Of a stretch of DNA of 6,518 bases, positions 1-5,252 are shown piece after piece. Origin of the DNA: Candidatus Iainarchaeum sp. (lineage in GTDB: Archaea > Iainarchaeota > Iainarchaeia > Iainarchaeales > 0-14-0-20-34-12); assembly GCA_030649345.1 (NCBI GenBank), contig JAUSKK010000053.1, positions 1 through 6,518 on the forward strand, given 5' to 3'. The position numbers and the translations under genes are program-made. The notes beneath the pieces were generated by a model. The model saw nothing but the letters and a program-made list of their open reading frames with translations, was not told where the DNA came from and did no database searches. The first letter of the stretch is position 1. Each line of letters starts with the position of its first letter.

Positions 1-969
1 CAAACTTAACTTTGACTCAATAGTATCTAATATTCGGTCAATTCCAAAAGATATCCCGCAAGCCTTCAAATCTTGCCCGCCTAAGATACTAATTAACTGA
101 TCGTATCTTCCTCCGCCTCCGATGGATGGCCCTTGTTTAACTTTGACTTCAAATACCAGTCCAGTATAATATCCTAAGCCTCGCGCTAAACTAAAATCCA
201 AGCACACAAATTTTTCTAAACTAATTTCTTTAGCTAAATCCATGAATTGCTCCAATTCTTGTACTCCATCTAAATTTGCTTTTTTTTCTTTCAAAAATTT
301 CTTTACAATACTCAACTCTTTTTCTGCACACCATTTCAAAATATTTGCATTCAGTCCTTTTTCATTTAATTCTTTTTCAACACCTGTTTTTCCAATTTTA
401 TCTAATTTATCAATACTTCTAAAACAATCATTCACTTTTCCTTTTTCAATTCCGCAAGCTACAGCTAGGCTTTCCAATAATTTTCTGGAATTGACTACAA
501 CTTCAAAATCTATTTTTAATTTTTGACAAATTTGTACTGCTATTCCCAAGCATTCCAATTCACACAACAAGCTAGAGCTTCCAATAATATCTACATCGGC
601 TTGTGTAAATTCTCTATATCTTTTTTCTCCCGGCTTATCGTATCTATACACTCGTTCAATGGCATATCTCTTAAACGGCAAACTCATCGAGGTACTATTT
701 GCTGCAACTACGCGAGCTAAAGGTACAGTTAAATCAAATCTTAATCCTACATCTCGTTCTGCTTTGTCTTTGAATGCATAAATTTCTTCCACTATAGCTT
801 CGCCGGCTCCGCCTTTTTTAGTTAAAGTTTCCAAATATTCTAAAGCTGGAGTTTCCATTGGCTTAAAGCCATAGCTTACAAAAACCTCTCTGCAAATATT
901 TTCAATATACTTTTTCTTTCTTGCTCTTTCCGGCAAAAAATCCTGCATTCCTTTAATGGTTTGAGTCAT
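1..969 (-). CDS. hisS: histidyl-tRNA synthetase (class II aaRS), N-terminal catalytic region; C-terminal part lies beyond the window
   Basis: Hand translation of the reverse complement from ATG (969-967) stays open for 323 codons to base 1. Sequence: MTQTIKGMQDFLPERARKKKYIENICREVFVSYGFKPMETPALEYLETLTKKGGAGEAIVEEIYAFKDKAERDVGLRFDLTVPLARVVAANSTSMSLPFKRYAIERVYRYDKPGEKRYREFTQADVDIIG...FSLARGLGYYTGLVFEV...GGGGRYDQLI...CGISFGIDRIL. It carries HisRS signatures: GxxDxLP near the N-terminus, LRxDLTVPxAR, motif 2 RYREFxQxD, ARGLxYYTG, motif 3 GGGRYD. Missing from the ORF track only because no stop falls in the window. Confidence 0.93.
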   Translation of the reverse strand, partial: MTQTIKGMQDFLPERARKKKYIENICREVFVSYGFKPMETPALEYLETLTKKGGAGEAIVEEIYAFKDKAERDVGLRFDLTVPLARVVAANSTSMSLPFKRYAIERVYRYDKPGEKRYREFTQADVDIIGSSSLLCELECLGIAVQICQKLKIDFEVVVNSRKLLESLAVACGIEKGKVNDCFRSIDKLDKIGKTGVEKELNEKGLNANILKWCAEKELSIVKKFLKEKKANLDGVQELEQFMDLAKEISLEKFVCLDFSLARGLGYYTGLVFEVKVKQGPSIGGGGRYDQLISILGGQDLKACGISFGIDRILDTIESKLSL

Positions 970-970
970 A

Positions 971-2011
971 TTATTTTCCTTCTTTAAGATTTCTTTGTCC
1001 TTCTTCTTCAATTACTCTTCCAATTTCAGCTCGCATTCTAGGTCCAGCAGCTAAAGGAATTATTACATCGGCTAAAATTCCATTGTAATGACTGGAAGGC
1101 ATCCAAATTCTTGAATTCTGTCCAATCGGATAACCTGTAATAAAACCATCGCTATAATCTGAGTACGTGTACCTATATCCTCGTTCTTTCCAGCGTTCTC
1201 CACGCGGAAGAGCTCCAGTTTGCACTTCACTTATCTGAGTAAAGTTAAGCCACTCACTTTGTCTAAATTGCCATCGCAACCAATGTTTTTCGTCATTGGA
1301 TGCTCGTCTGTTTTCTCTAACTGAGGCATTCGCTAAATCATCTCTTGCGATTCCACCCAATCTTTTTTTCTGGCTCCAAAAATTTCCCTCAGTTTCATTG
1401 AATTTTTTTGCCTCTGCTCTATTTTCTAAATTTCTCATAAAACGATTGTAGGCAACAATGAATACACTTTGTTGATAGTAACGATTGCTTTTCATTTGTT
1501 CTAAAACTTTTAGTACTCCTGGTTTTCCAGTTAATCCTTTTGGAATCACGCGTTCTATTGCTTTATCTATAGTCTCCTTAACTTTTTTGTCTCTTTGACT
1601 TTCTGCAAAATCGCGTAATTTCAATACTTTTCCCCCGCGTGTGTTTTCTATTCTTTCTGCTCTTCTTTGAGCTGCTTGAATTCCTAGTGTATAGTCTGCG
1701 ATTCCTGCAGCAACTCCTGCTATTGCCAATCCTGTTATGATTCTAGAAGCACGAGGTCTAGGTCTGCCTGTTCTTTTTGCTAATTTTCCTTTTTCAGGTT
1801 CTACTGCAACAACAGTTGGAGCTGTTGTGCTTGAACTAGCTGAAATTATTTGAGTTGGTGGTACGTTTTTTCCTAAAACTTTTCTTTGCAAACTGCGAAT
1901 TTCTTGTAGAGTTAAATTTCTTCCATTAGGTCCAATTTTTCGTGTGCGAATTGCTTGGGTTATTATTTCTCGTTTTCTTCTTGGACCCAATCTTGTTTTT
2001 TTTAATTGCAT
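971..2011 (-). CDS. hypothetical protein, 346 aa: very basic N-terminal ~90 aa, one hydrophobic segment, then a ~230-aa Arg/Trp/Tyr-rich C-terminal domain; no family recognised
   Basis: Long ORF in the track. Stop TAA (973-971) is 1 nt from the hisS ATG (969), suggesting translational coupling. TTTAAAAA box at 2034-2041 lies at -23 to -30 from the ATG. Hydrophobic stretch IITGLAIAGVAAGIADYTLGI at about aa 91-111. I recognise no catalytic motif. Confidence 0.8.
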   Translation of the reverse strand: MQLKKTRLGPRRKREIITQAIRTRKIGPNGRNLTLQEIRSLQRKVLGKNVPPTQIISASSSTTAPTVVAVEPEKGKLAKRTGRPRPRASRIITGLAIAGVAAGIADYTLGIQAAQRRAERIENTRGGKVLKLRDFAESQRDKKVKETIDKAIERVIPKGLTGKPGVLKVLEQMKSNRYYQQSVFIVAYNRFMRNLENRAEAKKFNETEGNFWSQKKRLGGIARDDLANASVRENRRASNDEKHWLRWQFRQSEWLNFTQISEVQTGALPRGERWKERGYRYTYSDYSDGFITGYPIGQNSRIWMPSSHYNGILADVIIPLAAGPRMRAEIGRVIEEEGQRNLKEGK

Positions 2012-2033
2012 ACTTTCACATCTTTATTTTTTG

Positions 2034-2041
2034 TTTTTAAA
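2034..2041 (-). promoter_or_regulatory. archaeal TATA-box candidate (TTTAAAAA on minus strand) for the 346-aa gene/hisS unit; implies a leaderless mRNA
   Basis: The octamer lies about 23-30 nt upstream of ATG 2011. No Shine-Dalgarno motif lies between it and the ATG. The same octamer sits at an equivalent distance from the 78-aa gene. Confidence 0.45.
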
Positions 2042-2047
2042 CTTTCA

Positions 2048-2069
2048 GTGCAATGCTAAAGCATTGCAC
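2048..2069. promoter_or_regulatory. perfect 9-bp inverted repeat GTGCAATGC-N4-GCATTGCAC just upstream of the TATA box; candidate operator or hairpin
   Basis: Read directly: gtgcaatgc (2048-2056), taaa, gcattgcac (2061-2069). It ends about 7 nt from the TATA candidate at 2034-2041. Confidence 0.4.
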
Positions 2070-2095
2070 AATTCTTTTTCTTTTGGCAACTTACA

Positions 2096-2124
2096 TTTTC
2101 TTTTTCTTGCCAAGAAAAAGAAAA
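2096..2124 (-). terminator. A/T-only perfect palindrome with T-runs directly after tRNA-His; probable terminator or processing hairpin
   Basis: ttttctttttcttg (2096-2109), c, caagaaaaagaaaa (2111-2124) are exact reverse complements. On the minus strand the element starts TTTTCTTTTTCTT, 5 nt after the tRNA discriminator base. Oligo-T tracts are archaeal termination signals. Confidence 0.45.
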
Positions 2125-2129
2125 GGCAG

Positions 2130-2331
2130 GACCGCGGCCGAGAATCGAACTCGGGTCCGAAGCTATCAGCAACAACTTTTTGTTGTTCACGGAAAAGGTT
2201 CGCGCGGAGCGCAATTTTTCGTAAACCTTTTTCTAAAAGGTTTCGCCGAAGGCCTTTTCCGTTAACGCTTTTTTGCGTTAGCAAAAAAGGGTTACCACAG
2301 GCTTCTATTCTACCTCTAAACTACCGCAGTC
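2130..2331 (-). tRNA. tRNA-His (anticodon GUG) with genome-encoded G-1, discriminator C73, no encoded CCA, and a ~130-nt intron (2165-2294) between positions 37 and 38
   Basis: Hand-folded cloverleaf, part 1: G-1; acceptor ACUGCGG/CCGCGGU; U8 A9; D-arm GUUU-AGAGGUA-GAAU with A14, G18G19 and A21; A26. Part 2: anticodon stem GAAGC/GCUUC; loop C32 U33 G34 U35 G36 G37 | intron | A38; variable GGAC; T-arm CCGAG-UUCGAUU-CUCGG; C73. A G-1:C73 pair is the hallmark of tRNA-His. Confidence 0.9.
2165..2294 (-). other. tRNA-His intron (~130 nt), highly structured
   Basis: RNA sequence: UAACCCUUUUUUGCUAACGCAAAAAAGCGUUAACGGAAAAGGCCUUCGGCGAAACCUUUUAGAAAAAGGUUUACGAAAAAUUGCGCUCCGCGCGAACCUUUUCCGUGAACAACAAAAAGUUGUUGCUGAU. 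Helices seen: CUUUUUUGC/GCAAAAAAG (9 bp); long-range ACGGAAAAGG/CCUUUUCCGU (10 bp); AAACCUUUU/AAAAGGUUU (9 bp); UUGCGC/GCGCGA (6 bp including one G-U); AACAAC/GUUGUU (6 bp). Exact splice boundaries are inferred from the cloverleaf, not demonstrated. Confidence 0.7.
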
Positions 2332-2343
2332 ATACGAAACCGC

Positions 2344-2452
2344 GGGAACCAAAGTTCAACAGAAAACTACTGTTTTCTGTGCCTTACAAAACCATTGGTT
2401 TTGTTTGGTCCCCTCAGTTTGAGGTTCCTCCTGATCCCCTTCCTTGATTATA
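2344..2452 (-). ncRNA. candidate structured 5' leader or novel small RNA immediately upstream of tRNA-His, with a three-way junction core at 2344-2412
   Basis: P1 is GGGACCAAA (2412-2404) paired with UUUGGUUCCC (2353-2344), 9 bp with one bulge. P2 is CAAAACC-AAU-GGUUUUG (2403-2387). P3 is ACAGAAAAC-AGUA-GUUUUCUGU (2380-2359). An extra hairpin CCUC-AAAC-UGAGG lies at 2424-2412. No TATA-like box lies within 30 nt of the tRNA-His 5' end; the nearest one (2473-2483) would start transcription near 2452. Confidence 0.4.
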
Positions 2453-2472
2453 GGGCAATCTGAAGAAACGTG

Positions 2473-2483
2473 TATAATTAAAA
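2473..2483 (-). promoter_or_regulatory. TATA-box candidate (TTTTAATTATA on minus strand) for the leader/tRNA-His transcript
   Basis: A/T box about 22-30 nt upstream of the start of the GC-richer structured segment. Positional inference only. Confidence 0.3.
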
Positions 2484-2588
2484 GTACTTAAAAAAGTAGT
2501 TAAAACTTGCTTGTTTGGGTTTAAAAAAAAGAAATTCAACAAATTAGTCTTATTTAGAGCTAATTCATTGTTTTCGGTGTTGTTTTTA

Positions 2589-2630
2589 GCATCCGCATCC
2601 TGGGCCTCTGCATCCGCAGCCTGGTCCAAG
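2589..2630. repeat. GC-rich 21-nt tandem duplication (gcatccgcaTcctgg / gcatccgcaGcctgg cores) in an AT-rich divergent intergenic region
   Basis: 15-nt cores at 2589-2603 and 2610-2624 differ at one base. The period is 21 nt, about two helical turns. This is the only GC-rich island between the divergent promoters. Confidence 0.6.
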
Positions 2631-2679
2631 ATGAAGTAAATCACTTAATTTTATCATATACTAATAGTCTTTGCTTGTA

Positions 2680-2687
2680 TTTAAAAA
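2680..2687 (+). promoter_or_regulatory. archaeal TATA-box candidate (TTTAAAAA) for the 78-aa gene; leaderless mRNA predicted
   Basis: The octamer lies at -32 to -25 from ATG 2712. No Shine-Dalgarno motif is present. Confidence 0.45.
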
Positions 2688-2711
2688 AGTTTCTTTGATT
2701 CAAATAAGTAT

Positions 2712-2948
2712 ATGGGAGAACCGCATTTAATTAAGCCTATTTTGTTGTCATTTGTTTTTTTGATTATTGTGGTTTTTTTAGCTGCTGTAGCTGTTACTGC
2801 ATTGATTGAAGGTTTGTTGATTCATTTAACCGGAAATATGCTGGGTGCTGGTTTGTATTATTTAATTTCCATGACTGCCATTGCTTTAGGTATTACTGTA
2901 TACAAAATTGGTGCTTCCAGCATTAAGGCCTTAGATGTTTACGCCTAA
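2712..2948 (+). CDS. small hypothetical membrane protein, 78 aa, two predicted TM helices
   Basis: ORF in the track. Hydrophobic segments are ILLSFVFLIIVVFLAAVAVTALI and GAGLYYLISMTAIALGITVY. The TATA box is at the correct distance. It lies on the same strand, 73 nt upstream of the large surface-protein gene. Confidence 0.6.
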   Translation: MGEPHLIKPILLSFVFLIIVVFLAAVAVTALIEGLLIHLTGNMLGAGLYYLISMTAIALGITVYKIGASSIKALDVYA

Positions 2949-2980
2949 TTTTTATAACGAATTTTCCTGCCGGCTATGTC

Positions 2981-2988
2981 TTTAAATA
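2981..2988 (+). promoter_or_regulatory. TATA-box candidate (TTTAAATA) for the 728-aa gene
   Basis: Lies 34-41 nt upstream of ATG 3022, predicting a short ~8-10 nt 5' UTR. Confidence 0.4.
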
Positions 2989-3021
2989 CATTAAACCCAT
3001 TTAATAGTGTGAGCAAATTTT

Positions 3022-5208
3022 ATGAAACCAGTTAATACATTAGCTATTGTTTTTGCAGTTTTATTAATTATTTTAGGGTTTGTTTTGTTTATTGTTCCGC
3101 CTCAGCCTGGAACTGCTGGGCCTTTTACTGGTCAAAATTCTTTGCGCATGAAATTGGTTTCTTCAGATAATGTTCCGTTAGAGAATGTTCGTGTTGAATT
3201 AATTGATTTAAATTCCAATCAAGTGGTTTCCACTCAGACTGCTTCAGAAGATGGAACTGTTAATTTTGAAGGAGTCAATCCAGAAACAGATTATGCTGTT
3301 ACTGTAATCTCTGGATCTAATGAACACGGAACCCAAGTAAGAACTACTAGTGTTGTTTCTGCAGTGAGTGATTCTACTGGAACCAATTCTAGTCCGCGTG
3401 TTTTAGAAGTATCCAATCAAACAGTACGCGAAGTTGTTGCAAGCACTGAAACCAGTTTACGAGTAACTGTTTTGGATTCTTCCAATCGTACTCCTTTAAG
3501 CAATGCACAAATTCAATTAACTCAAAACAATCAAACAGTTTCCAATACAACTACAGCTCCGACATTTATTTTTTCCACAGTATCTCCTGGAACCAGTTCT
3601 TTATCTATTTCTTTAACAGGATATGTAACGTATGTTCAATCGGTTACAATTGCTCAAGGAAGCAATCGTTTAACTGTTAATTTACTTCGATTGAATGATG
3701 ATTTATCTGGAACTACAGATACTGATTCTGGAACCAGTACTTCAGATAATTCAGATAATGTTAATGATTCTCAAATCAACAATTCAGATAATTCTCAAGA
3801 CACTGGAACCAATCAAGATGGAACTCAAGTTACAAAATTTTCTTTATTGTTTGCAGTTACCAATACAGAAACTTCGCAACCTGTACAAAATGCAATTGTG
3901 ACTTTAAAAAATTCAGTCAATCAACCTATGGATGAAAAAACAGTTGACTCTCAAGGAAAAGGAAGTTTTACTGATTTGAATGCTGGAAATTATTCTTTGA
4001 TTGCTTTTAAAGACGGTTATTCTTTGGACACAAAACAAGTAACTTTGAATGTTTCTACTACAGCAACTGTTGTCTCTTTGCGTATTGCTCCTTCTGGAAT
4101 TTCTTCTGATTCAAGTACTGGAAGTATGCGATTTGTAATTGTAAAAGATTCTGATTCAAGTCCTTTAAGTGGAGCCAATATTTCTGTGACTGGAAATAAT
4201 GTCTTGAAATGTTCTGGTGTTTCCAATGCTCAAGGACAATATACTTGCACTGATTTGAATCAAAATGTTTCGTATTCAGCTACTGTTACTTTACAAGATT
4301 ATAATCCAAAAACAGAAACATTTACTTTAGGAACATCTGATAATTTAACAATTCGTTTGACTTCAACCAGTCAACAATCCGGAAATACTGCTGCTCAATT
4401 AACTGTTTCAGTCAAAGATTCTTCCAGCAATCAAGCAATCTCTGGAGCCAGTGTTACTCTAAATTCAGGCAGTTCAACTGGTCCACAAGTTGGTTCTACT
4501 CAAACCAGTGCTAGTGACGGAACTGTAACTTTTACTGGTTTAACTTCTGGTACAACTTATTATGCGAATGCCAGCAAGTCAGGGTATACTTCTAGTTTTT
4601 CAGCTGCTCCAGTTGTTGCTGGTTCGAATACTTCAACTGTTTTTTTAACAGCTAGTTCACCCCAGCCTTCAAATACAGCTACTTTGAATGTTTCAGTTAC
4701 TTGCGGCGGAACACCAGCTTCCAGTGTTTCTTTAAGTTTATGTCCTTCTGGTCAAGCATGTGCTAGTGGTACAACTGATGGCTCGGGCAATTATACTTTT
4801 TCCAATATTGCAACTGGCAGCTACAATATTAATGCCAGCAAAACTGGATGCAATGCAATCACCAATCAAGCTATGACTGTGAATGCTGGAGCTAATAGTT
4901 ATGTGGTAACCATGACTCAAGAAGTACAATCTCCGAATGCCAGTGCAGATTTAGTGATTTATCAATGGGGTAATAGCGAAATGCGCATTTCAGGCGCTTT
5001 GGTTGAATTCTTGAATGCTTCTCAAACTGTAGTAGCTTCTGGAACTACCAGTGCTCAAGGTACTGTAGTAGTAACTGGATTAACTTCTGGCACAAGTTAT
5101 ACTTTGCGTATTTCTGCTTCAGGTTACAATACCTACACCAATTCTGTAAATATCAATAATGCAGGAGTCAATTATTTAGGAGACGGTGCATTAACTCCTT
5201 CTGGCTAA
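3022..5208 (+). CDS. N-terminally anchored secreted surface protein with ~7 tandem ~80-aa beta-sandwich repeats (carboxypeptidase-regulatory-like / PEGA-like) and an acidic Asp/Ser/Asn/Thr linker; probable glycoprotein
   Basis: 728-aa ORF. N-terminal MKPVNTLAIVFAVLLIILGFVLFIVPP is a signal anchor. A recurring pattern appears seven times: hydrophobic-x-V-x-V/L-x-D/N...PLxGAxVxL...(D/Q)G(T/x)vxFxgL..G.Y...A.K.GY. The repeats start near aa 41, 146, 272, 369, 459, 553 and 643. The low-complexity linker is aa 225-269 (nt 3694-3828). About 19 N-x-S/T sequons by hand count. Confidence 0.85.
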   Translation: MKPVNTLAIVFAVLLIILGFVLFIVPPQPGTAGPFTGQNSLRMKLVSSDNVPLENVRVELIDLNSNQVVSTQTASEDGTVNFEGVNPETDYAVTVISGSNEHGTQVRTTSVVSAVSDSTGTNSSPRVLEVSNQTVREVVASTETSLRVTVLDSSNRTPLSNAQIQLTQNNQTVSNTTTAPTFIFSTVSPGTSSLSISLTGYVTYVQSVTIAQGSNRLTVNLLRLNDDLSGTTDTDSGTSTSDNSDNVNDSQINNSDNSQDTGTNQDGTQVTKFSLLFAVTNTETSQPVQNAIVTLKNSVNQPMDEKTVDSQGKGSFTDLNAGNYSLIAFKDGYSLDTKQVTLNVSTTATVVSLRIAPSGISSDSSTGSMRFVIVKDSDSSPLSGANISVTGNNVLKCSGVSNAQGQYTCTDLNQNVSYSATVTLQDYNPKTETFTLGTSDNLTIRLTSTSQQSGNTAAQLTVSVKDSSSNQAISGASVTLNSGSSTGPQVGSTQTSASDGTVTFTGLTSGTTYYANASKSGYTSSFSAAPVVAGSNTSTVFLTASSPQPSNTATLNVSVTCGGTPASSVSLSLCPSGQACASGTTDGSGNYTFSNIATGSYNINASKTGCNAITNQAMTVNAGANSYVVTMTQEVQSPNASADLVIYQWGNSEMRISGALVEFLNASQTVVASGTTSAQGTVVVTGLTSGTSYTLRISASGYNTYTNSVNINNAGVNYLGDGALTPSG

Positions 5209-5238
5209 GTTTAAATTTATTGAATTATTATTCTAGTA

Positions 5239-5247
5239 TTTGTTTTT
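5239..5247 (+). terminator. oligo-T tract (tttgttttt) downstream of the surface-protein gene
   Basis: T-run about 31-39 nt after stop codon 5206-5208, in the 44-nt convergent gap. Archaeal terminators are typically T-runs. Confidence 0.3.
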
Positions 5248-5252
5248 GAAAG

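Noticed and set aside
242-720. Plus-strand ORFs 242-526 and 523-720
   Set aside because: They are antisense to a clearly coding hisS frame. Their products are low-complexity Phe/Ser/Asn-rich strings typical of the reverse strand of an AT-rich gene.
971-2011. The 346-aa protein as a tRNA-His guanylyltransferase (Thg1/TLP)
   Set aside because: The idea is tempting given the neighbours. However, G-1 is already genome-encoded, and I see no resemblance to Thg1 sequence features. The basic/TM architecture does not fit.
2165-2294. Group I or group II intron, or an intron-encoded homing endonuclease, in tRNA-His
   Set aside because: At 130 nt it is too short for either ribozyme class and has no ORF. 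The position (37/38) and the archaeal context favour endonuclease-spliced BHB-type processing.
1944-2447. ORFs 1944-2447 (+), 2045-2284 (-) and 2053-2265 (+)
   Set aside because: They run through tRNA-His, its intron and the palindromic terminator. Their sequences are Lys/Arg/Phe-rich and have no promoter context. The RNA-gene interpretation explains the region.
2344-2452. 5S rRNA or an additional tRNA upstream of tRNA-His
   Set aside because: The three-way junction is superficially 5S-like, but it is too short and lacks conserved 5S loop sequences. There is no T-loop (GTTCRANYC) or D-loop signature for a tRNA.
2447-2452. Bacterial sigma70-type -10 box (TATAAT on minus strand) with TATACA 17 nt upstream
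   Set aside because: The match is plausible by eye. All other evidence points to an archaeal transcription system: leaderless TATA spacing, tRNA intron, no CCA and the HisRS type. It probably marks the region of the archaeal start site.
2589-2630. CRISPR-like or minisatellite array
   Set aside because: There are only two adjacent copies, no spacers, and no further repeats in the window.
2414-2644. Minus-strand 76-aa ORF with a GTG start
   Set aside because: It has a non-ATG start and overlaps the predicted promoter and structured leader of tRNA-His. Its only notable feature, a QAADAEA/QDADAKN heptad, simply reflects the 21-nt DNA duplication.
3695-4929. Internal ORFs 3695-3901 (+), 4017-4226 (-) and 4738-4929 (-)
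   Set aside because: They are nested in alternative frames of the well-supported 728-aa gene, are short, and have no independent start context.
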